A stretch of DNA of 63,287 bases, the filler included, from Squatina squatina (taxonomy: Eukaryota): NCBI GenBank assembly GCA_031763465.1. It is 4 parts of 4 records of this genome, joined end to end, with 100 filler letters (N's around TTAATTAATTAA, not from the genome) between each part and the next. Parts side by side here need not be neighbours in the genome. Positions count along the whole stretch, not along the records: positions 33,231 to 49,082 come from JARFOE010000176.1; positions 49,183 to 63,287 come from JARFOE010000100.1; 2 more parts are not named here. One strand, 5' to 3'. Positions within the stretch are counted from its first letter, which is position 1; each line of letters starts with the position of its first letter. A program made the translations under genes and the position numbers. Under the pieces are notes generated by a model. It saw nothing but the letters and a program-made list of their open reading frames with translations, made no database searches and was not told where the DNA came from. This document shows, piece after piece, positions 37,011 through 49,292 of the stretch.

Positions 37011-39924
37011 AAGTGCTAGGACCTTCTCTCTATTTCATTGGCTTAGTGCCTTTAACCAAGAGAAACAGTGCCCAGGGCATTTTTACGAGCCTGTGCAGCT
37101 CTGATATTTGACTAAAATAGCCTTGGTACCACTGTGAGACACCACAAACATAGGAATTTCATTGCCCAGCTCTGTCTGCAGTGACTAACCACCAAACTCA
37201 GCACCACTGCAAAAATGTCAATAAGATAAATGTGTTTGTTGTGGCCAAATTATTTTTGTACCATGTATCATTGCTAAAACAAAAAAATAATAAATCATGA
37301 CTCTCGCGTCTATTGAGACTGGTTGAGCAGAACTTCCATTATTAGCATGAAGTAAATTCTCTGTAGGGTCATTTGAATAGTTGGTAGCAGGGGTCATGGT
37401 TATATACTGTCTCTATCGTATCCCGAGTCCAAATCAGTCCTTGACCCATTTTCTTTTCGATACCGAGCCAGAATGANNNNNNNNNNNNNNNNNNNNNNNN
37501 NNNNNNNNNNNNNNNNNNNNNNNNNNNNNNNNNNNNNNNNNNNNNNNNNNNNNNNNNNNNNNNNNNNNNNNNNNNNAAGAAATGGGATCCAGGGTCCACT
37601 GGACCACCCGGGACCTGGCGTGAAAAGGTGCCAGTACGAGCAAAGTGGGGAGAAAGACAGTGGGGCAATCGGCCGAATATAAAGTTGGCTGATGTTTAAA
37701 GATGGCGGCCGCCGGTGCAACACCCGTGCCTTTAACGCCTTGACAACGACAGGTGAAACTTGTTGTTGCCAACACTAGTGACGTCACGGGTGAGCCGGCC
37801 TCCCATTCCAGAGGCTGCGCACCCACAGCGCACAGCGGGGTCGGCGCGCGATCTGATCATGTCACGCATTCGACCCCGGCGCCAACGCCGTCCCCGGCGA
37901 CGAGGCCTGAGTGCTGCCAGGGCACCAGGCCCAATTGGGCAATTTTGGAAATTTTCTGTGTACGCTGCTTTCGCACCCGGATAGCGTCGCTGTTCGGGCC
38001 CCCTCTACACATAAGCTTCAATCGTAAGGCTAAAGGGTACCGCACGGTAGGAAGTTTTGAGATGAATGTTTTTTGAAACAATAATAAAAGAAGTTAATTG
38101 TCAGGCACGTTGCTCTCTCTAGATTTTTGAATCTGTTAAGAGGATAAGGAAGGAATAACCCAACAAAGAAACATACATTTCAACCAAACCTTCATTTCAA
38201 AAGATGCCAATTTGATTTCAGTTGAGTAGGTCCATTTATCCGGGTGAAATCAGCATTGGTGAAGCAGAGCATGGGAGTTGGAGGGATTTAATAATTAGAC
38301 ATGAATGAGAAGTATTCAGCTGTAATTTACACGGCTTCATTTGTACATGAAATGCCCTTTACAACAGCGCATGTGCCCAAATGAACTTCTCACTTACTAG
38401 TTCTTTAGGAGTTTGTCATCCGGAAAGCTACATTGTGTAAAATCTGACATGAAAACTTTCAATATTTTCTCAAAGGAGATAAAGAAATGAGACCTTTTGA
38501 AAGGCCAATTATCAGTGAAGCACAATCAGCCTAGATTGAATTTGTGAATGCTCTTTTCACTTATCAAAATGTTTAGTCAGTGCCGTGATATCAATCTTTA
38601 GTGTAATTATGCATTGCCAAGCAGACCTGCACAGCTCCAGAGACATCTGCAGAAATAGGATGGTTGCCAGTGTTTGAATCATCAATTCAGTAGAGGTTAG
38701 GGCTGTTGTTAAACTCACTGCTGTGCCATCATTATAATCATCTGTAGCAAAATTATCATCATTACAGTTGCTGCTTCTAGTACACAAAATAAGACTTAAT
38801 GGAATAAGAGATCATTATTGTCTTAATGGAGTNNNNNNNNNNNNNNNNNNNNNNNNNNNNNNNNNNNNNNNNNNNNNNNNNNNNNNNNNNNNNNNNNNNN
38901 NNNNNNNNNNNNNNNNNNNNNNNNNNNNNNNNAGACAGTGGCGATTCATTTCAATACAGCTTCAAAGGTGTTCAGATCATTTCAAAACTGTCTGAAAGTC
39001 TTTTCAAGACTCGCTCGCAAATCACTTAATGCAAATTGGGCAGGTTATAAAATGGGTCTGTAAGTGAGATCTGATTTACTTCAATTTCTTTTCTGTCTAC
39101 GGCTCATTTTCGTGCAAGTAAAATCCACAGATGTGATTGAAAGCAAGGTAAGGATTGGCATGTCATCAGTGGATGGTCTCCACTTAGATGGAATTGATTC
39201 ATGTCAGATTGTGGCAATCACGTCTAAATGGGCATTTGATTGCGAGTTAACTTGTAAAAATGCTGTGACATTGTGCTGCTGCACAAAGGCATGAAAGTTC
39301 CATTGGATCGTCAGAAAACACAGCTGCCTGGCCTAGGGCAGTTCTTAAATTATACCGCACGTACGCGATGCTTGAACCACTTAACTGAGGGAATAGTAGC
39401 TGAGGTGGTTTCCCCCTTGCCTTCCTCAGGGGCTTTTTTAAATCATTTTGGAACTTGCTCCTAGGTGGGCTGCGACTAACGAGACTCGCCCACCCTTTAC
39501 GACGCACCCTTGGGACGCAAGTACTTCCGCTGGACATCAATCCAACATTCTCTGCTCACCAGGGCAGGCCTGGAGTGGGGCTCCAACTCATCCCTTCTGA
39601 CTCCGAGGCTGGAATACCACCACTGAATGCAAATATGCTACACAGTTTTCAGAGATTATTTCTAGTCTCCACTTGCTAGTGCCAACACTGTATATTGCAT
39701 TAAATTTAATATAAGCAGAACACAGTGTTCCAACATGACTTTAAAAACTAAGGCAAAACAATTTTTTTTAAACAAACAAAATTATTTTTTTGTCAAAGAG
39801 TACAACTTTGGATAAATTCAGGTTAGACAAAATTCAGGAGTATACAGTTCGAAGCTCCCAAGGGAGAATGACTTGCATCAACATCACTACATGGCATTTC
39901 TATTTGCATTACCCACATCCTATT

Positions 39925-40550
39925 GGAACATAGGAACTGGAGTAGGCCATTCAGCCCCTTGAGCCTGCTCCACCATTCAATTAGATCATGGCTGATCTGT
40001 ATCTTAATTCCATCTACCCACCTTGGTTCTGTAACACTAAATACCCTTACCCAACAACAATCTAGCAATCTCCGTTTTGAAATTTTCAATTGACTCCCAG
40101 CCTCAACAGCTTTTTGGGGGAGAGAGTTTCAGATTCCCACTCCCCTTTGTGTGAAGAAGTGCTTCCTGACATTACCCCTGAATGGCCTAGCTCTAACTTT
40201 AAGGTTCTGCCCCCTTGTTCTGAACTCACCTCCACCAGAGGAAAGAATTTTTCTCTGACTTTCCTATCAACTCCTTTAATTATCTTAAAAACCTCAATTA
40301 CATCAGCCATTAATCCTCTATATTCAATGGAATACAAGCCTAGTCTGTGCAATCTGTCTTCTTAATTTAACTCTTTTACTCCAGGTATCATTCTGGTGAA
40401 TCTGCACTGTATCACCTCTGAGGCCTATATATCCTTCCTGATGTGCGTTGCCCAGAGCTGATCGCAGTGCTCTAATTGGGGTCTAACCATGGCTTTATAT
40501 AACTGTAACATAACTTCCATCCCTTTGTATTCCAGCCCCCTTTGAGATAA
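39925..40550 (-). mobile_element. CR1 LINE 3' portion
   Basis: Minus frame HRLGLYSIEYRGLMADVIEVFKIIKGVDRK...FFPL and the CR1 tail aggggctgaatggcctactcc. Confidence 0.88.
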
Positions 40551-42409
40551 AAAGGGGCTTTATCCGTCCAATTGTTCATCCATCCAGAATAAATGCGTGA
40601 AATATGAGCAGCCCGTGATAAGCTGGAATTGCTTAGTCAGGGTGAGTAAGGCAGAGAAATCAAAAAGAAGCAACCTCCGAGCTTTGAAATTCCTCGGCAG
40701 TGAAGTCATCAGAAAAGCACAGAGATCCGAGGAATCCAAATGAGTGCAGGTGAGTGGCCCTTTAAATCGGTGCTTCAGTCGTGTCAGCCGGGTCCTGAGG
40801 CCAATCCCGCAAGGTGTCACTGAACCCCAATTTAAATACATTCATACATACCAGTTCTGAGCCAGTTTTTCCTGCAAAAATCATAGTCAGTCAGCCCGGG
40901 GCGGGAAATGGGGCGATGAGTGAATGTCCTCCCGATTTTAAAGCCCAGCCGCCAGTTTCCCGCCGGGTGCATAGGCTTACAGCCGGGCCCCTGAGTGACT
41001 GAGGTTCCACCAGCATTCCACCTCGCTTTATTTTGTCCTCGAAGCATCTACTTTTGATTTCCCCTGTGCAATGCTTCCTTCGAACTTCCAAAGTAATCTT
41101 CATCTATGAAGCACAGTGTGGGAACCTATCACCAACCGAGGGGTTAAATTAATTTTGACGTGTATGAGAAAGTGAATTCAGTCCAACCATAAAGCCTTTT
41201 GATTATTACTTACAATGTGTTAAGCACCCCCCCCACCTCAAAAAAGTGACAAAAACAGGGCTTCGCTCTGTTATGATTAGCACTCCTTTGGGATGGAGCG
41301 TTGCATATTTTAATCATGAATTGTTTTTTTCCTCAGCGTTTCTTATTGCTGTTTTGTGAATATTTGAATGACCTTGCCAATCTAAAGGGATCACTGCTTC
41401 TCAGAGTCAGGATAGTTGCGCAGAGGAAGTTGAACAGCAAGCGCTTGTGCGTATTTCTGCATGAATACAAAACAGAATAAACTGTGAACTAATCAAGGAG
41501 CCCATAACCTATTCTCAGATCGGCTGTATGATTTTAATAATGTAATTTGTACATGTCATTGAAGGATCCTGGAGGTCTTAAAATCATCAGCATGTGGAAT
41601 AAGCCTTAAAGAATGATCACACACAAAAAAAAACACTCCTCAGACAAGTGTCTGGTAATGATGTCTGAAGCACAGTTAATCCGAAGGGACAAACAAACCA
41701 CAACAAAATAAGATGATTCAATGTATATTGCATGAGTGGCAGATGAATTTTAATGGAACTAAATGCAGATTCATACAATTTGGATTAGGAGCATGAGGAC
41801 ACCATGCTGTTGAAGTTTGAGAAATAATTTTAATTCTAGTTTTACTTGCATCTCTGGACTTCAAGTTTTTAAGTCTTATTTTATTGATGATCCTGGACGT
41901 TGCTATGAGTGATGCTAGCGGGCGAATACTTAATTCCCTTGTGTCGAATTTCTTCCCACCACAATTTTAACGGAGGTGGAGTTAAGTGATGGGATTTCGG
42001 AAGAGAATTCCAAAATGCAAGCTATCTTAAATTATTCCAAAAATGAATTACTTTGAGTAAAGACATTTACTTATTACCATTTATGTCTCTGGTCTTACCT
42101 ACTCATGTACTTTGAAGTAGGGCTGTGGGTGCACCTCATTCATACTGTTTAATATTTTATATCCTTCAATGAGATTCCCACTTAACCATCTTCTTTATAG
42201 ACTGTGAGGCTTAAACTTCTCTAATTTTTCCTCGCAGCTCATCCCCTTTACACTTGAGAATGATCGCGTTGCTCTTTCCTGCATCTTTTCTAATGCAAGC
42301 AATTTTTTTTCCTGGCCCGGTGCCCAGAACTGAACACAGAAAGGGAAACAAAGAGCTTGTAGTTATATTGCGCCTTACAGGTTCTTAGGACATTCTAAAA
42401 CACTTTGCA

Positions 42410-42746
42410 ATGAATTTTTCTGTTTTTATTTCAGACTTTGACATCTGCAGTATTTCGCTTTTGGATTAGTGTTTNNNNNNNNNNTGTTTAATTCACTGCC
42501 ACTTCTGTTCTAGGAAGGCCCACCCTGAAGAAGCTCTGTTCTTCCCTCAGACGGGATTTCCATTTGTCTCTTTTACCCTGTTCAGCTTCATTGCCTTCTG
42601 TTTCCCTTCTCCTGTTTGATTATCTTTTCTTCCTTATCTGGCCCATTATTATCTCCTTTTGCCTCGCACCATCTCTTAATGTCTCTCCGTATCTCCTGCC
42701 TCCCACCCGATCACAGACCTTCCCTTGTGTTCTTTCCTCCCCCTCC
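42410..42746 (+). mobile_element. Penelope-like element terminal-repeat fragments (tentative)
   Basis: ttttatttcagactttgacatctgcagtatttcgcttttg and the pyrimidine-rich tract ending tctcctgcctcccacccgatcacagaccttcccttg resemble an abundant shark Penelope-type repeat as I recall it. Confidence 0.35.
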
Positions 42747-43116
42747 NNNNNNNNNNNNNNNNNNNNNNNNNNNNNNNNNNNNNNNNNNNNNNNNNNNNNN
42801 NNNNNNNNNNNNNNNNNNNNNNNNNNNNNNNNNNNNNNNNNNNNNNGATAAGGTACTGGTGTGTGTCTTCCCCTTGAATCATTGCAATCCTTCTGGTGAA
42901 ACATTGTGGGCTAATGTATTGTCCCTCCATAGTTGCCTGACAAGATGGTGTTGCGCCTTTTCCTTGAACCAATGCCTTCCTGTGGTCAATGATCTCCCAC
43001 AATACTGTCAGTTACCAAATTCCAGGATATTCTAACAGGGACGATGAAGGTATTATGTTGTCTGCTCCGATATCCCAAACAATCTGTCCAATAACTGCCT
43101 ATCTCTGTGTTTACAG

Positions 43117-43226
43117 TTTCTGGTTCCATTTACTCCCTGAATAAATCGAATGTTACACCAGGGCCATTTGGGGTGAAACTGATCCCGGATCAGGAAATGC
43201 TGAAGGAAACTCGTCCGGTATTCAGG
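43117..43226 (+). CDS. Probable internal coding exon, unassigned
   Basis: Acceptor ctctgtgtttacag, 110 nt open as SGSIYSLNKSNVTPGPFGVKLIPDQEMLKETRPVFR, donor AGG/GTGGGT. Confidence 0.45.
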
Positions 43227-46200
43227 GTGGGTACAGTTTTACTTCATACAATCTCTTTTTTGGACGTCACAGTAACTACATTCTAATACTAAAGTTATCA
43301 GAGCTTAGTCGCCGAAAATTACACTGCCAAGCAAAATATTAAAGACATAAATCTTTGGGATATGTAATTTTTCTTACAGGACTTATGCAGATGACCTCCT
43401 CGCCACCCTCCCCGCACCGCCACCACATTCTAAACGTAGCCTCCGAGCAAATTGTTTTTTTTAAATTGCGTGCTTGACATCATGCTGGCTGTTTTATTAG
43501 AACTAGTGCTCAAAAAAAAACAGAAGTACCCAACTCATTAGCTGGTGGCAAGATATATTTATGAAATAATCGGGCAGAATTTATATGCTTCCTAATAGCA
43601 TTACTGGTTTCAGCTCAAAGCATCAGAACAGATAATTGTAAACGGGGAGGTGGGGTTAAAGGTGAGCAGGCATAGGCTGTGCAGGGGAAAATGTTCCTGT
43701 GTTGAATACAGATTAGCGCTTCAGTTTTAGTTCCGTGAGAGCTAAAGTAGAAAAAGGGAAAGAAAGAGGGAGAGAAAGACAGGCTTGCATTTATACCGTG
43801 CTCTTCACGACCTCGGGACTTCCCAAAGCACTTNNNNNNNNNNNNNNNNNNNNNNNNNNNNNNNNNNNNNNNNNNNNNNNNNNNNNNNNNNNNNNNNNNN
43901 NNNNNNNNNNNNNNNNNNNNNNNNNNNNNNNNNTAAAATGACTGCAGATGCATTTCAGCACTTCACCCTTGCAATCATTATTTTTTATTTATGCATATTT
44001 TTTTTAGTATTTCAGGAATGATTATAACAGCAGGTGTGATTGCAGAGCTTCTTGTATTCCTCAGGGGCATTGCCTTGGCCATCAGTTAGAGGCACTCTTG
44101 TGTATTTAAGCCATGTTCCTGTGGCAGTAAATTTAACATGGTTAAAAAGTTACTAACAACCCCTGACATCAGCATGTTCCGACAGCACATTTTTTATTAG
44201 GGGTGAAATTTTACTGAGGTTTTCAGACAGGCCTTGCATTGCAGTAAAATTTACTGACCCACTAGTCAGCTTTTATGTTCGCATTGTTAAATGCGCTTTG
44301 CCCGTTGCTCAAGGCGTATCTGTTACCCCAGGACATCAGTGGGGCTGCAGCTTTTATTGCTTATGGGACATCGCCTGTTGCTGCCAGTATGTATTAAATG
44401 ACAGGACTGTGGTAATTAGATGCAGGCAGTCGCTCCATCACAAAAAAAACATGCTTCACAAGAAACTCCACCCCGCACCTCCCCCCCCGCCAGCCCCCCG
44501 CCCCCCTGCCGCTGAATCAGGTTGGCTGCGGGTGGAAGCGGAGGGTTCCAATGCAAACCAGGCCCTGCCGCTAAATCCAGCAAGGCCTGCGGGAAATGTG
44601 TTCTCCCTGTTTCCCGACTGCTTCCAAGCGCCCCGCTCCCGACCCACCTTCCCACTTAATATTCCAAACACCAGCCTCCCAAGTTGCGTACCACCAGTCT
44701 GTAGGTCGCACACTCTGCTTGCTCCCCAACCTGGAGTCTTGCTGTGCGATTGACAGCAGCCTGGTCACTTCTGCTTNNNNNNNNNNNNNNNNNNNNNNNN
44801 NNNNNNNNNNNNNNNNNNNNNNNNNNNNNNNNNNNNNNNNNNNNNNNNNNNNNNNNNNNNNNNNNNNNNNNNNNNNTGTTGGACAGGCATTACCCACAGG
44901 ATCTTGAATGTGAAACATGAGTGAGTGCCGATTTTGAAGAGAAGTGTTATTTGGGATTAATGTTAAGAACACATTATGTAGGCAATCTTGTATATGGAGC
45001 ATCATTGATTTTTTTTCCACCGCTAGTACTGAATGCTGCTGAGATTTGATGTTAAATCACAGCAGCAACATCTTACAGCAGCCTCCTCGGAATGTCATGA
45101 ATATTGTGTGGTTGGTATTGTGTGGGGCTGAATATAGAGCTTTATGCAGGCATAATTGTTGCTTTGTCAATGAATTGGCAGAATAATCAACTTCTTGTTC
45201 TCCTTGAGAAATGTCTGACTGCGCGAGATTACATAAAGGAATTTCAAACTGCACCAAAGCTTTAAGATTGTACTTTCATAAGCAATTTCTGAAGCTTTTC
45301 TTTCCCCTCAGGTTAAAGAATTCCACCATTACCCAATGCGATACTATCTATCATTTGGCTGAAGCTTTACAATTATTGTGACAATGGTTACATTATGCTT
45401 CAGACAGGTCTAATATTCTGGTTTCGGGACAGATGGCCCCTGACTGCATTATCCCCTTCCACGTCTCTATCCCCTTTATACATCACTCCATTCTCACTCG
45501 CTGTCTCACGCGCACATATTCTTCCCCTGTCTCATGGAGAGAGAGAAAGGGAGAAATCTAAGACCACATTCCTAGAGGATTGACTTGTCGCTCCCCTTGC
45601 CCAAGTGATCCTTCCCAGCCCTGTATCCAGGCCTGTGGCCTCTGCTCCTCTGAATTCAGGGGCTGGATTTGAAGCCAGAGTGGGTTTCGGGCTTGACAAG
45701 GGAGAGGGACGTGTGCGCAATGCCCTTGCTGGCGTAAGTTTCGGGCCTGGGGCATTTTACACGCTGGGCCTCAGTTGAATGCTGCCGGCCAGAACGGGCG
45801 GGAAGCGGGCACAGAGGGGCTGCTGACAATACTTTGGCTGCATCCCCCACCCGCCCCACCCACCCACTCTGACCCCTCCCCGGCCACCCACCCTTAGCTT
45901 CAGCGGGATTTTAGGGGAAAGATGGTCTCGCAGGAGGGCAGGGAAGGTGAGAGGAGGGAGTGGAGAGTCCAAAGCAAGGGAGGCCATGTCCTTCCTTCTG
46001 GTCTACCTGGCCCCACTAAGGAAATGGTTTCACTTACCCGGAAGGCCTCTTCGTCCTTCCCACCAGTTGCTCATCAGCTTGAGCCTGGGGGGTTGGGGGG
46101 TGAGTGGGGACATTCGGGCTGGGTTCGTTGCCTAAAGCCCCGGTTAAAATGCCATCGGGGTCCTTTTCATACACGAGGCTTATGCCTGGGTCTGGCGGAT

Positions 46201-47799
46201 GACTCGTCCGTCGCCAAAACAAGCACCGCTAAAATCGGTGATCGACAGGAAATGGAGCCGTTTTATTCTAACCACTCGTCCACTCCACTTCCGCCCACTG
46301 GGAGAATTGGAATCCCCACTCCACCCAGCTGCTTATCTGTCGCTCCCTTTTCTCCAGCTTTGGTAACCGAGCCTTTTCTCATTATGCCCTGACTCTTTGG
46401 GACTCTGGGATAGATTTTACAATTTAGCACTGGCAGCACAGAGTGAGGTGTCAGTCATGGATCGGTGGGTAGCATTCTTGTCTCTGGGTCAAATGGCTCA
46501 AGCCCCTAGTCCAGGNNNNNNNNNNNNNNNNNNNNNNNNNNNNNNNNNNNNNNNNNNNNNNNNNNNNNNNNNNNNNNNNNNNNNNNNNNNNNNNNNNNNN
46601 NNNNNNNNNNNNNNNATTTTTTTTTTTTGCATAAGGCAGAGGTCACAAAATGAATGATTAATTTGTTGAGTGCTCATAAATTGGGCTCCGAGCATATTAT
46701 GTATTATTCATTCATTGGTAAAATGCCTGCCATCTTCGGTCCATGTGTTATTTCTTTTTTTGTAAGGCTGTATCTGTCATGTCAATCAGCAGCTTCCACT
46801 GAGAATAAATTAGTGGATGTTTCGCCGAGAACGCCAATAGCGCTTTCTTTGCTAAAGTGGAACCGGGCGAAGTTTCAGATAGAAGATTCGGGCTGGAGAG
46901 AGGGAGCAGCAGGACAGCGTTACGCTGGGGAAGCAGGCAGACTCCTGAGGCAGGGTTTATGAATTTACCGTGGATACTTGCTCCTTTTATTGACTTACTT
47001 CTATTTATACCATTTTTAAAAATTCATCGCTCTTATCCTTCATAACTTCCCTCTGCTCGAGCCCTTTCCCCATCTGATTCTTAGTCAAATCATTATTTGA
47101 GGAGAAGCATAATGTCCTCTGGACTTTTATATAATCTCCCCTGTGGCTACTGNNNNNNNNNNNNNNNNNNNNNNNNNNNNNNNNNNNNNNNNNNNNNNNN
47201 NNNNNNNNNNNNNNNNNNNNNNNNNNNNNNNNNNNNNNNNNNNNNNNNNNNNTTAAGGACCCACCTGAATATGGCAGCATGCTACCCCTTATAATGCTTA
47301 CAAATGATTCATTAAATACTAAAATCTCATGTCTTTATGTATAAAAATGTCAGTAATTATCCTGAGGGCCGTACTGTACAAAATATCCCCAGAACTCACG
47401 CACAAGGTAGTCATGAATAAGTCATGCAGGTCATTCACAAACAAAATATCTTCTGTACATTGAGAGACTGAGGGGAAGGGCCGGTGACCATTATGGAAGA
47501 CACCAAAAGGTTGAATAGAATTTTGCTAAAAGAGGACATAGTGAATTAGGAATTAGTGATTAGGTGGCAACAAGCTGGATTTTAAAAGCCTGAAGACTGT
47601 TCGAAAAAGAGAAAGACTTGCAGTTGTGTACGGCCGTTCATGGCCTCAGGACATCCCAAAGAGCTTTACAGCCAATGCAGTGACACATAGTGTTACATAG
47701 AGACAGGCCATTTGGACCAACCAGTCCATGCCAGCGTTAGTGCTCCACTCGAGCCTCCTCCCATCCGTCCTCGTCTAAATCTATCAGCATTAAATTCTT

Positions 47800-47926
47800 A
47801 CAGGGCTTGACAGGGCAGAAGCTGGGAGTATTTTTTCCCCTGCCTGGGGAATCCAGAACTAGGGGTCACAGTCTCAGAATAAGGGGTCGGCCATTTAGGA
47901 CTGAGATGAGGAGAAATTTCTTCGCT
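47800..47926 (+). mobile_element. CR1 LINE fragment
   Basis: FFPLPGESRTRGHSLRIRGRPFRTEMRRNFF. Confidence 0.85.
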
Positions 47927-48169
47927 NNNNNNNNNNNNNNNNNNNNNNNNNNNNNNNNNNNNNNNNNNNNNNNNNNNNNNNNNNNNNNNNNNNNNNNNNN
48001 NNNNNNNNNNNNNNNNNNNNNNNNNNATTTTAAACAGGTTAGAACAGGTTAGTGTACAAATAGCGTGAGTCGCTGGCCGATCGCTCGTGGGCTTGGCCAA
48101 TCTGAACTTCGACCCTTTGATTCAAAACCGGATGAGTGGCCAATACCAATTGAAATTTGTATTACCTAC

Positions 48170-48330
48170 CCTGAATTGGAGAAACAGTTCCAAAGCCCTT
48201 GCCCATGGCTCCAGAGCAAGCGGTTAAAAACCCGATTGAAGATGCGATACAATCGAACACTTTCGACGTCGTGTACCTTCCATACTCGCTGAACGATGGA
48301 ACGAATGTTGGTCCTCACAATGTCCAGCAC
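48170..48330 (-). CDS. Probable internal coding exon, unassigned
   Basis: Acceptor tgactttcag, 161 nt open as VLDIVRTNIRSIVQRVWKVHDVESVRLYRIFNRVFNRLLWSHGQGLWNCFSNS(G), donor AGG/GTAGGT; protein-like composition and retained CpGs. Not in the ORF track on this strand. Confidence 0.65.
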
Positions 48331-48769
48331 CTGAAAGTCAATTCAGATACACACACAAAGAACACAAACAGATTAATCCTGAGAAGCCAAGGTTAAGGGG
48401 CAATGTACTGTGGGACATTTCCAAGAGACAATGATGAGGGAGCTATATGAATGCAAAATTCTTTGTTTCTCGACATTCACTTCATCCCCTTGCACTGCTG
48501 CCATTCTAACTCAGTACTGTGATCCTTCAGTCTACGAGGCAGCTGCGGGCTTCTGAGTTCTGAACTTTAAGGTATTGTTAATGCCATTCCATATTTGGAA
48601 CAGAGTTGGAGAGGGGTGGGGAAGGGGGCGGACCTCTTAAGAGTTTGAGGTCATGCTCCAGTCAAACTAAGTCCCAGTAACCAGTGTCACACGGTTAGAG
48701 TGCAGGTCAGCCTGCAAGGCCGACATTATCAGTGCGCACACTCAACCTGAGGCCTTGACTGCCGGGAGC

Positions 48770-49082
48770 GTGAGATTTTAGAATTCTCACCCTTGTTTTC
48801 AAATTCCTCAAGAGCCTTGCTCCTCCCTACCTCTGTAACCTCCTCCAGTCCCGCAGCCCTCCGCTACCCCTGCGCTCCTCCAACTGTTGCACAACCCCAC
48901 CCCCTGATTTTCATCGCTCCACCATTGGTGGCTGTGCCGTCTGTTGCCTCGGCCCTGAGCTCTGGAACTCCCTGCCTGAACCTCTCCGCCTCTCTCCCTT
49001 TCTCTTTCCTCCTTTAAGATGCTCCTTCAGCCTACCTCTTTGACCGAGCTTTTGGTCACCTGTCCTAATATCTCCTTCTGTG
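48770..49082 (+). mobile_element. L2-clade LINE 3' end
   Basis: Diverged copy of the element at 3810 (attctcacccttgttttcaaatt...ctctggaactccctgcctgaacctctccgcc...cctctttgaccgagcttttggtcacctg). Confidence 0.8.
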
Positions 49083-49182
49083 NNNNNNNNNNNNNNNNNN
49101 NNNNNNNNNNNNNNNNNNNNNNNNNNTTAATTAATTAANNNNNNNNNNNNNNNNNNNNNNNNNNNNNNNNNNNNNNNNNNNN
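49083..49182. other. Artificial scaffold spacer N44-TTAATTAATTAA-N44
   Basis: 12-mer at 49127-49138. Confidence 0.95.
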
Positions 49183-49292
49183 CAGGACTGCGGCGGTTCA
49201 AGAAGGCGGCTCATCACCACCTTCTCGAGGGCAACTAGGGATGGGCAATAACTGCTGGCCTTACCAGTGACGCCCACATCCCAAGAATGAAT
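49183..49292 (+). mobile_element. HE1/HER1-like CR1 3' tail
   Basis: gcggttcaagaaggcggctcatcaccaccttctcgagggcaactagggatgggcaataactgctggcc. Confidence 0.75.

Noticed and set aside
44298-46392. Long GC-rich ORFs (44298..44753, 45922..46392)
   Set aside because: Low-complexity Pro/Gly-rich translations with ORFs open on both strands, typical of GC-rich repeats; no protein motif recognised.
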